A stretch of 42,022 nucleotides of DNA. Origin: Candidatus Thorarchaeota archaeon (lineage in GTDB: Archaea; Asgardarchaeota; Thorarchaeia; Thorarchaeales; Thorarchaeaceae). Shown here piece after piece: positions 1 to 8,683 of the stretch. The notes under the pieces were generated by a model. That model had not been told where the DNA came from, ran no database searches, and worked only from the letters and a program-made list of their open reading frames with translations. Position numbers and translations under genes: made by a program. Positions within the stretch are counted from its first letter, which is position 1. Every line of letters starts with the position of its first letter. The DNA is taken from assembly GCA_020348985.1 (NCBI GenBank), contig CP070761.1, positions 2,739,387 through 2,781,408 of the forward strand. Direction: 5' to 3'.

Positions 1-1813
1 AGTATACTAAGACGTGTGTTGTATTCCAGAGCTTGAATGTCTTCAACGATTCTGTTAGCGACGTCGACATCATGGCGTAGCCCATCAATGCAATCTGCGT
101 ACTATTGAACGTGGCATTATCGACTATCGTTTTTGCCCCGGCTGCACCGTTGATCCAGTATCCGTAGTCCCACCAGCTACCGATGACAGCCGTTTCGGGC
201 AAGACATTCCGTATGTAGGTCATTGCAGTCTGCCAATCAGTCACTTGTTGGCTATCTGAAACGGCAGCCGGAGCAAACTCCGGATTTGCGACTCCCGCTG
301 TGGCATACTGCACTCCAAGAAACACGTTCACGGAAAGAAGTAAGCCTAAAAACGCAAATGCTGCAATTGCATGTTCTGACGTTAAGGATGAACTCATCCG
401 GAATCGACGTCTTTCGAATACAGACTTCTGCGTGACAACTTTCGCATATGGTGACAATGCGTTGCTTACAGCGACAGCTGAAAGCACTGCAACACCAGGT
501 GCAAGAATCAGGCCAAGCCGAATCATACTCCCTGTGAAGTAGACTGCAGTTACTCCGTAGAGAAAGATGAGCCAGTCTTCATCTCTTCCACGCTTGAATA
601 GAAAGTACATGCCTAGTGGGAAGAAGAATATCAGAACAACTAACGTGTTGTAGAAGCTTGACCACGGGCTCGGTAGGTGTTCTGCTACTGAGGCGAATAT
701 CCGTTGATCAAGTCTGTAGAATGGATTGATGACAGTTAGGAATTTGCCGCCAATCGTAAGAATCGGATTTGATTGGTAAGTGGAAATGGAAAGATCAGCA
801 TTCGATGCATACAAGAAGTATGTTGCCGCTCCCACGATGGGTGCAATGGCTCCAAGCAGAATTTGTCTTGCATATGGCGTCAATGCCTGTGCTGTCGCTT
901 CCCGATAGCCACCAATTCTTAACCAAACCTCATACCCTGCTAGAAGAACACCAACGCCGATTGGAACCAAAAGCTGGAATGATGTAAGGTTGGCGAATCC
1001 GTTTCGTGGAACAAGACCACCTATGAAAAGCCCCAGGGAAATGGTGACGAGATATGATGAAAGAAGCTTCTTGCTGTATCGACCGAAAACAAGCATGAAG
1101 AATGCGTACATTGCCAAGAGGTCTGTGAGGAAGTCTGCGGCCCCCCATGAACCCATAAGGTACGCTAATGATAATCCTGCTGCCATTGCAGACGGAAGGG
1201 ACCCCCGTTTGATGCTTCTGGTGAAGAAGTAGAGTGTAGTTACAATGGCAAAGACACCAATGAACTCGTTGTCGTAGAATCCCGCAATCGTTCTCTGAAG
1301 GAAAGCAGGCATGAAGGCTAGAAACAACGCACTCAACAAGCCGACTGTGTTGTTGGACAGCTCACGTCCAAGCAAGAATGCAACAATCGTTGTTAGGGCA
1401 CCAAAGAATGCTGGAATGACGAGTGCCACAGATAGAATGTCGACACTGATGCCTATTCCGTTGATTATCTGATGAAAGATTGCTGTAGTGAACGGAACTC
1501 CCAGATAGGTTGTTCTTGTCATGTCGCGTCCGAACGGGACCCAAGTTGTCTCGTCGTACCAAGTGAAGAATGAACCAAAGCCATTCTCAGTAATGTACTC
1601 TGACACTTTGAGCTGGAACCACGGGTCGAAAGCACGTACTATGGGTTGCGAATCAAGAATGGGAACAAGGCGCAATCCTAATGCCGCAAAGAAAATCAAA
1701 CAAAGTGAGATGACCAGCATGATAGAGCCGCGTGATATCTTCGCCTTTGGTTTGTGGAATACCTGCCGCAGGAACCTGACAGCTGACCTCTTAAATCTGC
1801 TAAATCTGGACAT
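1..1813 (-). CDS. aglB: Oligosaccharyltransferase catalytic subunit STT3/AglB, truncated at the window start
   Basis: Absent from the ORF track because it runs off the edge. Manual translation from ATG 1813 gives MSRFSRFKRS...RAFDPWFQ...WYDETTWVPFGR, QRTIAGFYDNE, FASVAEHLP, and SWWDYGYWI...IVDNATFNST. These are the STT3 catalytic motifs, including WWDYG. Confidence 0.96.
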   Translation of the reverse strand, partial: MSRFSRFKRSAVRFLRQVFHKPKAKISRGSIMLVISLCLIFFAALGLRLVPILDSQPIVRAFDPWFQLKVSEYITENGFGSFFTWYDETTWVPFGRDMTRTTYLGVPFTTAIFHQIINGIGISVDILSVALVIPAFFGALTTIVAFLLGRELSNNTVGLLSALFLAFMPAFLQRTIAGFYDNEFIGVFAIVTTLYFFTRSIKRGSLPSAMAAGLSLAYLMGSWGAADFLTDLLAMYAFFMLVFGRYSKKLLSSYLVTISLGLFIGGLVPRNGFANLTSFQLLVPIGVGVLLAGYEVWLRIGGYREATAQALTPYARQILLGAIAPIVGAATYFLYASNADLSISTYQSNPILTIGGKFLTVINPFYRLDQRIFASVAEHLPSPWSSFYNTLVVLIFFFPLGMYFLFKRGRDEDWLIFLYGVTAVYFTGSMIRLGLILAPGVAVLSAVAVSNALSPYAKVVTQKSVFERRRFRMSSSLTSEHAIAAFAFLGLLLSVNVFLGVQYATAGVANPEFAPAAVSDSQQVTDWQTAMTYIRNVLPETAVIGSWWDYGYWINGAAGAKTIVDNATFNSTQIALMGYAMMSTSLTESLKTFKLWNTTHVLVY

Positions 1814-1846
1814 TCTAGTGCTCCATCCGCTTTGACCCGGTTTCAT

Positions 1847-1874
1847 CCGAGCCAATCTTGGTTCGGCTAAAAAG
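1847..1874 (-). promoter_or_regulatory. Putative aglB TATA-like box followed by a 20-bp palindrome
   Basis: Minus strand reads CTTTTTAG, then CCGAACCAA-GA-TTGGCTCGG (1847-1866), 34-53 nt upstream of the ATG. Confidence 0.4.
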
Positions 1875-1956
1875 CTTGCTGTTGGTGGAAGAGATGTACA
1901 GGGCGGTCTGGTAGCTGCAGAAACATCCAATCGACGCGTCTGGAACAGTCCTGCAT

Positions 1957-2355
1957 TCAGAGTGCTGCAATGAAGTCGGAATAACCCTTACTGTCCATCA
2001 GGTTCTTGAGTTCTTCATCCAGATTAGATGGTTTGACTTTCATCATCCAGCCCTTTTCATAAGGTGACTCATTGACAATCTCAGGAGCATCTTCTAGGGC
2101 GGCATTGACTTCAACAATCTCACCAGAGATTGGCACATATAGCTCAGATGATGCTTTCATGGATTCAACAAGACCACATTCGTCACCTGCATTGAGTACG
2201 GTGCCAGCTTCGGATATCTCTACAAATGTAATCTCATGCAGTGAATGCTGGGCAAAATCAGTGATTCCTACAACAACCACGTCACCTTCCACGCGAGCCC
2301 ATTCGTGTTCCTTGCTGTAGTAAAGGCCTTCGATAACATTCGTCCCTTCAGTCAT
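1957..2355 (-). CDS. gcvH: Glycine cleavage system H protein
   Basis: YYSKEHEW, VGITDFAQ, lipoyl-lysine motif VESMKASSELY, and NESPYEKGW. TTTAAA box at 2393-2398. Confidence 0.96.
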   Translation of the reverse strand: MTEGTNVIEGLYYSKEHEWARVEGDVVVVGITDFAQHSLHEITFVEISEAGTVLNAGDECGLVESMKASSELYVPISGEIVEVNAALEDAPEIVNESPYEKGWMMKVKPSNLDEELKNLMDSKGYSDFIAAL

Positions 2356-2412
2356 ACAGGTCCACCACGACTCGCGATTGGTGAGGCGGTCCTTTAAATC
2401 AGTTTGGGAGAA

Positions 2413-3561
2413 TCAGAGAGTTCTGTGTTCTCCGTATCTCTCGGGATCAAAGAAAGGCCACGTTGTAACCCTTGCCCTTCTTGTTCTTCCCTTGATATCT
2501 ATCTCTACTACGTCGTCAACTTCCACAGTCTTGGGCTTGACATAGGCCAGACCTATGCCTTTACTCAGCATAGGCGACATAACTCCGCTTGTTATCTTTC
2601 CGATCTTGCTACCTTTGAAACTGACATCGTACTGAGGACGTGGGATACCCCTGTCAATCATCTCGACCCCAATCCGAGTCTTTCTAATCCCACCCTCTTT
2701 CTTGTGACGTCTAACAACATCATATCCCAAGTAATGCGGGTCGACTTTGAACTTGACTGCATACGGTATTCGTGCCTCAATCGGTGAAGTGCTTTCATCT
2801 AGCTCATTTCCATAGAGGACAAGCCCAGCCTCTAGACGAAGTGAATCTCTTGCACCCAAACCACAGGGTTTCGCATTGTATTCTTCTCCCAGTTCTAGCA
2901 TTCCTTCCCAGAAAGCTATGGCTCTTTGCTTGCCATCAGAATCGATCGGCGTATTCAAGACCAGAACCTCGCCTCCGCTTTCGCCGGTATATCCAGTTCG
3001 GCAAAGATAGCATTCAAAGCCTGAGAGAGTCACAGGATTGATACTGAATCTTGCTAGGTCAGTAAGATCCTTGCCTGCTGCCTTCGAGAGAAGATGAAGT
3101 GCACTTGGACCCTGAATAGCCACCATAGACACTTCACTAGAACGATCCTCTATGGATACCTCAAACTTTTCTGCATTCTTGAGGAGATGCTTCTTGATTT
3201 TCGGACCATTGACAGCGTTTGTTATCCAGATGTACTCCTCTTCGCTCACGCGATAGAGGGTCAGGTCATCAAGAATACCGCCTTGCTCGTTGAGACAAGT
3301 CGTATACTGGCCCCCATATACACCAATCTTGCTCACATTGTTGCTTGTGAGGGTCTGCAGAAACTCTTGTGCCTGTGGTCCACGAATCCAGAAACGAGAC
3401 ATGTGAGAAGTATCAAAAATGCCCACTGCGTCGCGAACGGCCATATGTTCTTGTCGAATGTCAGTATAACGAACCGGCATTTCCCACCCAGCAAAAGGAA
3501 CGACGTCACCATGGGCAACGTGCCAATCATACAGCTGTGTTCGCTTGAGTGTGTCGCTCAT
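2413..3561 (-). CDS. gcvT: Glycine cleavage system T protein (aminomethyltransferase)
   Basis: FAGWEMPVRY, GIFDTSHM, RTGYTGESG, GLGARDSLRLEAG. Confidence 0.96.
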   Translation of the reverse strand: MSDTLKRTQLYDWHVAHGDVVPFAGWEMPVRYTDIRQEHMAVRDAVGIFDTSHMSRFWIRGPQAQEFLQTLTSNNVSKIGVYGGQYTTCLNEQGGILDDLTLYRVSEEEYIWITNAVNGPKIKKHLLKNAEKFEVSIEDRSSEVSMVAIQGPSALHLLSKAAGKDLTDLARFSINPVTLSGFECYLCRTGYTGESGGEVLVLNTPIDSDGKQRAIAFWEGMLELGEEYNAKPCGLGARDSLRLEAGLVLYGNELDESTSPIEARIPYAVKFKVDPHYLGYDVVRRHKKEGGIRKTRIGVEMIDRGIPRPQYDVSFKGSKIGKITSGVMSPMLSKGIGLAYVKPKTVEVDDVVEIDIKGRTRRARVTTWPFFDPERYGEHRTL

Positions 3562-3695
3562 TCTAAGTTCTCCTTGTGATGGCCGTTCCTCATTGACTTG
3601 GTTATATCACTTGCGACCTGACTTTGCATAATCGACAGCAACAAAAGCAACTCTGTTTCATCTGTGCCTGGAAGACAATCAGAGGATATCAAGAG

Positions 3696-4526
3696 TTGAA
3701 GTATCATACCGTAGTTGTAGATAGGCTGAATATTGGACGAGACTTCCCAGTTCGGATAATGGGTGTCATCAACCTCTCCCCAGAGTCATTCTACAGGGGT
3801 TCTGTCGCAGAAGAGTTGGATGAAGTCGGAACGCTGGTTAGGAAGTTGGATGAAGCAGGCGCTGATTTGATTGATGTTGGAGGAGCCTCTTCCGCACCAA
3901 CGAATATCTACGGAACACAGCAGGTGACACGTGATGAAGAGCTTCGGCGAGTCTCGTCTACGATGGATGTGATTTGCGAAAGTACAAAGAAACCCATTTC
4001 GATAGACACCACATCGGCAAGGATTGCAGCCGAAGCTCTGGATTTAGGTGCATCTCTTGTGAATGACATTTCAGGACTTAAGAGTGATCCAGAGATGGCG
4101 TCCTTGATTGCAGTTCGAGATGTACCTGTGATTATAATGGCAAACTGCAAGGCGCCCTGTACGAGTTGCGATTCTGTTTTCGAAGCGATTGAGAGAAGCC
4201 TCCAGGCCGCGGCTTCAGCAGGAATATCTAGTCATCAGATTATTGTAGATCCTGGATTTGGATTTGGGAAACCTTATGACGTGGACTTTGAAATACTTAG
4301 AAACCTGGATAGGTTCGCATCATTTGGACATCCTGTGTTGGTTGGTCTTTCGAGAAAGGCCTTCATAGGCTCAGTTCTGCAGCAACCAAATCCTGAATCT
4401 AGGTTGGCTGGAACAATAGCGGCTACATCTTTGGCAGTTGCCAGAGGAGCAAACGTAGTCCGGACACACGACGTTCAAGAAGCAGCGACTGCTTCAATCA
4501 TTGGAAGTGCCATGAGAAACTGGTGA
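3696..4526 (+). CDS. folP: Dihydropteroate synthase
   Basis: IMGVINLSPESFY, IDVGG, ISIDT, VNDISG, DPGFGFGK, GLSRK, VRTHDV. Start placed at in-frame TTG 3696 (the ORF track starts at 3624). Confidence 0.92.
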   Translation: MKYHTVVVDRLNIGRDFPVRIMGVINLSPESFYRGSVAEELDEVGTLVRKLDEAGADLIDVGGASSAPTNIYGTQQVTRDEELRRVSSTMDVICESTKKPISIDTTSARIAAEALDLGASLVNDISGLKSDPEMASLIAVRDVPVIIMANCKAPCTSCDSVFEAIERSLQAAASAGISSHQIIVDPGFGFGKPYDVDFEILRNLDRFASFGHPVLVGLSRKAFIGSVLQQPNPESRLAGTIAATSLAVARGANVVRTHDVQEAATASIIGSAMRNW

Positions 4527-5246
4527 TTGAAGTTGAAATGGGAAGATTGGGAAGAAACGTATCTGGACATAGTAGGACGCCTTGGCCTTGATACTGATGC
4601 AGACAGAGCCGCAACTTCTCTTCTGTCGACACTTCTAAGGGACACAGATTCTGAGGTCTTGCTGACTGAACTGGAAGAAAGAATCAGAAACCGTACAATT
4701 GTCGTCTGCGGCGCAGGACCATCGTTGGAAAGGCACTTGGCCGAGCTGCTTTCTTCTGAGGAATCAGACAACTTGGTCTTTGTCGCGGCAGATGGTGCGG
4801 TATCTGCGCTTCTGAACATAAACAACGATTGTGACATCCTCGTGACTGATCTGGATGGAAAGCTATCAGACATTAGACAGGCAAACAAGACTGGGACTTT
4901 GACCATTGTTCATGCACATGGAGATAATACAAATGTTGTCCAACGAGTGGTTCCCGAACTTGGAGAGGTTTTGGGCAGCACTCAGGTTGAACCTGCTCCG
5001 AATGTGTTCCTATGGGGTGGATTCACAGATGGTGACAGGGCCTGTCATATTGTCTCCCATTATTCTCCCAAACGAGTTATCCTTGCAGGAATGGATTTTG
5101 GTTCGAAGGTTGGACTATGGTCAAAACCAGATCACTCATCACATTTTAGAGCATCCAATAGAAAGCAAATCAAGCTGCAAATCGCAGACGAGCTAATCTC
5201 ATCTCTGAAAGAGACCGGCAAGCTGGAATACACTATCTTAAGGTAG
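4527..5246 (+). CDS. mptE: 6-hydroxymethyl-7,8-dihydropterin pyrophosphokinase, MptE/DUF115 family
   Basis: VCGAGPSL, AADGA, VTDLDG, VHAHGDN, GGFTDGDRA, LAGMDF. Abuts the folP stop codon. Confidence 0.9.
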   Translation: MKLKWEDWEETYLDIVGRLGLDTDADRAATSLLSTLLRDTDSEVLLTELEERIRNRTIVVCGAGPSLERHLAELLSSEESDNLVFVAADGAVSALLNINNDCDILVTDLDGKLSDIRQANKTGTLTIVHAHGDNTNVVQRVVPELGEVLGSTQVEPAPNVFLWGGFTDGDRACHIVSHYSPKRVILAGMDFGSKVGLWSKPDHSSHFRASNRKQIKLQIADELISSLKETGKLEYTILR

Positions 5247-5272
5247 TCGTCTGGTGGCGAACTTCGCTAGGA

Positions 5273-5695
5273 CTAGAACTGGCCTGTCTTGATGCCGAAC
5301 ATGTAAGTGATGATAAGAAAGGCAACTCCCGCTAGAATCATGCCTAGAGTCATAAGACGTGTGGCATATCCTGGTTGGAATACGTACTTTGAGGAGTAGT
5401 AGACTAGGCCTAAACCTAGCGCACCCATCATTATAGTAACTGATGCCACAATGCCCTCCATGCCCAGTTGGAAATCGATAGACGGAGCTATGAGAATCGG
5501 CTGGCCACCTGCACCGCCCGCAATTGCTGGGGGTGTTTTAACCAGAGTGTATATGTTTCCCCCAAGTATGAACAGCACAGCAATCATCACTAGACCAAAG
5601 ACCACGACGTCAGGGGGTCGAGTAGGCATCTTGAATCGGGGTCTTGACAGTCTTACACTGGGCTTCACTATGGTGCTGGGCCACCAAGGCTTCAT
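5273..5695 (-). CDS. OST3/OST6-family membrane protein, DC2/OSTC-like oligosaccharyltransferase subunit
   Basis: 140 aa with three hydrophobic helices and the pattern LGGNIY...PP...Q-x-x-MEGIVAS...MGALG, matching DC2/OST3-6 C-terminal motifs as recalled. Confidence 0.8.
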   Translation of the reverse strand: MKPWWPSTIVKPSVRLSRPRFKMPTRPPDVVVFGLVMIAVLFILGGNIYTLVKTPPAIAGGAGGQPILIAPSIDFQLGMEGIVASVTIMMGALGLGLVYYSSKYVFQPGYATRLMTLGMILAGVAFLIITYMFGIKTGQF

Positions 5696-5822
5696 TTTTG
5701 AACCTCTAGCGGGACCGTCTTGTGGTCTGCTTTTAAGACTATCGTGAGGTGCACAGCTGTACCAGCCGAATCCGAGTGTTTCATCCAGGCGAACCGTTCT
5801 TGACAGGCTTCCTTCGGGCAGT

Positions 5823-5830
5823 ATTTAAAG
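5823..5830 (+). promoter_or_regulatory. TATA box of topA
   Basis: ATTTAAAG about 45-50 nt upstream of ATG 5874, followed by a GAGGTGA/GAGGAG SD-like sequence. Confidence 0.5.
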
Positions 5831-5873
5831 AACTGACCATTTGAACCGATGACGAGGTGAAGAGGAGTTCCTA

Positions 5874-8009
5874 ATGTCCCGACTAATGGTCATCTCTGAG
5901 AAACCAATGGCTGCCAAGAAGTTAGCCGAAGCCTTGGACGAGCAAGGTAAGCCTGTTGAAATCAAGAAACGAAAGGCATCATACTACGAATGCAAAAGAA
6001 ATGATGACACTCTGGTTGTGGTCTACGCCCTGGGTCATCTATTCGAGCTTCGGCAGATAGAGAAGGGTTGGACATATCCACGGCTGGAAACAGAGTGGGT
6101 GCCGAAGTACGAAGTAGTGAAGAAGGCCCAGGATACAAAATACATAATCAACCTCATCAAGAAGCTCTCAAAAGATGTGGATAGGTTCATAGTCGCAACT
6201 GACCATGACATGGAAGGCAGCCTCATTGGATACACAACTCTAAAGTATGCTTGTGGAGCAGATCCAAAAACAGCTGAAAGGATGTTCTTCTCATCATTGA
6301 CCAAGACGGATCTTATCGAGGCATTTGAGAATAGGGCATCATCTCTGGACTTTTCGATGATAAACGTTGGCTGTGCCAGACATCAGATAGACTGGTTATA
6401 CGGGATTAATCTTACACGTGCAATGACGCTTGCAGTAAAAGATGTGTCTGGCTGGTTCAGGATTGTATCCACTGGCAGAGTTCAAGGACCAACCCTTGGT
6501 TTCGTGGCTGAGCGCGAAATGATGATCAATATGTTTGTACCAATCCCATTTTGGAGAATAGAAGCAGTTGCAGAACATGAAGGGAAGTCATTTGAACTCG
6601 AGTATTCGATGAAACGCATTTCAAAAGAGAACCATGCTGAAAGAATTGTGGAGAGCCTAGAGGACAAGAGTCTAACTGTTGATACAATAAGGACGACGAC
6701 GACATTACAGAATCCTCCAGTGCCCTTCAACCTAAGTGGTCTTCAATACGAAGCATATAGACATTTCAAATTCAAACCAAGTCGGACTCTTGCATTGGCA
6801 CAGAAGCTATACCTGGATGCATTGATATCTTATCCTCGTACCAGCAGCCAGAGAATTCCAGAAACTCTTGATGTAAAGACCATAATCGAGGGTCTACGAA
6901 AGAATAGAATCTACGCGAAGCTCTCCGGTCGAATTCTTGAGACCAATCTAGTTCCAGTGCAAGGGAAGAAAGACGATCCGGCACATCCCGCCATACATCC
7001 TACTGGATTAAAGCCCGAAAGGAAACTTACTCCCAGTGAAGGAAAGGTGTATGACCTCATCGTTAGACGATTTCTCGCACTATTTGCAGATTCTTCCAAA
7101 AGAGAGAGCATTAGAGCAGATCTCGTTAGGGAGAACCATCGTTTCTATGTGCGGGGGCTACGGGTCCTTGAGTTGGGATGGATGGAGTACTATGGCCCAT
7201 ATGCCACCTTGGAAGAAAGATCTCTTCCCAGTATTAGCAAGGGGGATACAGTGGACATTGCGTCAATCGTAGCTGAGAGAAGACATACTTCTCCTCCTTC
7301 AAGGTTTAATCCCTCTAGTCTCCTCAGAGTACTGGAGAAGGAGAATCTTGGTACTAAGGCAACTCGTTCAACTATCGTAGAATCGTTAAGATCTCGTGGA
7401 TACACATTGAGTGACCGACATGAATTGTCCACACTAGGGTATGCAGCATTTGAGACTCTGAAATGCCATGTTTCAAAGCTGCTTTCAGCAAGCTTCACAA
7501 GAGAATTAGAGCTGGAGATGAATTGTATACATGAAGGAACCTCTACCAGACAAGAAGTGCTGTCAAGAGCCAAAGACGGTCTTCTGACATTACTTGAGAC
7601 CTTCAAAGCACATGATAAAGAGATTGGAGAAGCACTTGTGTTTGGACTCCGGAAATACTGGAAAGCCAAGCAAGAGATTGGGACTTGCCCCAGTTGTGGA
7701 GACGGTACTCTCAACATCATACGTTCACCGAAGACAGGAAAACGGTTCGTCGGATGTTCGAATTACAAAGAAGGTCTCTGTAATCAGACATACCCACTCC
7801 CTCAGAAGGGAGACATATCTCCCCTAGACAAGATGTGTCCGCATTGCGGGCATCATATGATCAGGATTCTGTCAAGAAGAGGGGTTTGGGAGACTTGCAT
7901 CAATTGGAGCCTATGTCTAGGAAGACAGGATGACATCAAGGCGCTGGAAATGAAGAGAAGGGAACACAGGAAGGAAACCTCCACGGGAAGTGAGAAACTG
8001 AATGAATGA
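5874..8009 (+). CDS. topA: DNA topoisomerase I (type IA) with C-terminal zinc ribbons
   Basis: TOPRIM ISEKP and ATDHDMEG, STGRVQGP, active-site ISYPRT, AHPAIHPT, LGTKATR, and CPSC/CSNY/CPHC zinc ribbons. Confidence 0.96.
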   Translation: MSRLMVISEKPMAAKKLAEALDEQGKPVEIKKRKASYYECKRNDDTLVVVYALGHLFELRQIEKGWTYPRLETEWVPKYEVVKKAQDTKYIINLIKKLSKDVDRFIVATDHDMEGSLIGYTTLKYACGADPKTAERMFFSSLTKTDLIEAFENRASSLDFSMINVGCARHQIDWLYGINLTRAMTLAVKDVSGWFRIVSTGRVQGPTLGFVAEREMMINMFVPIPFWRIEAVAEHEGKSFELEYSMKRISKENHAERIVESLEDKSLTVDTIRTTTTLQNPPVPFNLSGLQYEAYRHFKFKPSRTLALAQKLYLDALISYPRTSSQRIPETLDVKTIIEGLRKNRIYAKLSGRILETNLVPVQGKKDDPAHPAIHPTGLKPERKLTPSEGKVYDLIVRRFLALFADSSKRESIRADLVRENHRFYVRGLRVLELGWMEYYGPYATLEERSLPSISKGDTVDIASIVAERRHTSPPSRFNPSSLLRVLEKENLGTKATRSTIVESLRSRGYTLSDRHELSTLGYAAFETLKCHVSKLLSASFTRELELEMNCIHEGTSTRQEVLSRAKDGLLTLLETFKAHDKEIGEALVFGLRKYWKAKQEIGTCPSCGDGTLNIIRSPKTGKRFVGCSNYKEGLCNQTYPLPQKGDISPLDKMCPHCGHHMIRILSRRGVWETCINWSLCLGRQDDIKALEMKRREHRKETSTGSEKLNE

Positions 8010-8223
8010 ATGTGCTATATGCGATCGTCTAGCTACGCCGGGAAGTGTCTATTGTGAGTATCATTCCAAAGCCTACGATAATCTCAGAGATGCCTTTGAG
8101 AAGTGGAAGGAATCTCTTGAGATCGAATGGGACAAGTACTTGAAACAACTGCTAGAAACAGAGGGCACAGGGCTTTGGATACAAGAGATTGCAGAATACA
8201 TCATTCAACAAGGTTCGATTTGA
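8002..8223 (+). CDS. Small hypothetical protein with a C-x2-C-x9-C-x2-H zinc finger
   Basis: CAICDRLATPGSVYCEYH followed by amphipathic helices; overlaps the topA stop by 8 nt. Confidence 0.7.
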   Translation: MNECAICDRLATPGSVYCEYHSKAYDNLRDAFEKWKESLEIEWDKYLKQLLETEGTGLWIQEIAEYIIQQGSI

Positions 8224-8545
8224 GTGCTGATATGATATCAACCATCACTGCTCGGTCCATTTGTGCAACATGCACAACTATCATGCATGTCTTGTTTAGG
8301 TAAGCTGCAACTTTCTCCGCAATGGTTCTGACAAGTGTACTGCCGAGTCCCATAGTGAATAGGCCAGAAGACGTGGGCTCGTTTCGTCCTTGACCTGGAG
8401 GGATTGCAACCGCAGATAGTCCAAGTTTGAATGCAGGTGAATCAGTGATTAGGACCAATGCCCCGTTTTCCAAATCCATCATGCGGAACTTCAGTTTTCC
8501 TCCGCTTGTATCAGATTCGAACTCCCGAATATCACTGAACTCCAT
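8201..8545 (-). CDS. Proteasome assembly chaperone PAC4/PSMG4-like protein
   Basis: 114 aa from ATG 8545. FRMMDLENGALVLIT...LGLSAVAIP...PTSSGLF...IAEKVAAYLNKTCMIVV resembles the PAC3/PAC4 pattern. Confidence 0.6.
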   Translation of the reverse strand: MEFSDIREFESDTSGGKLKFRMMDLENGALVLITDSPAFKLGLSAVAIPPGQGRNEPTSSGLFTMGLGSTLVRTIAEKVAAYLNKTCMIVVHVAQMDRAVMVDIISALKSNLVE

Positions 8546-8683
8546 TTTTCCTCGATTCACAAAGATTAGTTGTCGCCAAATAAAGCCTATTCAAACAACT
8601 TAGTGACTGGACCAGTCCAACTGTCTCTCGGACCGAGCAACATGGTTATCAATAGCTTGGAATCCGATGCATGGTGGCCATCA

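Noticed and set aside
223-1835. Short plus-strand ORFs from the track
   Set aside because: They are antisense shadows of aglB. The same applies to the many short ORFs overlapping topA, xpd, polC, rpa, lhr, the ribosomal genes and infB.
8201-8545. Roadblock/longin assignment for the 114-aa protein
   Set aside because: It begins with strands rather than a helix, and the motif order fits PAC3/PAC4 better. Not fully excluded without structure prediction.
8570-8683. Long N-terminal extensions in the ORF track (xpd here; likewise folP, radB, the YqgF-like gene, mvk and the wHTH gene)
   Set aside because: They run through promoter regions or overlap divergent genes; downstream starts match family lengths.
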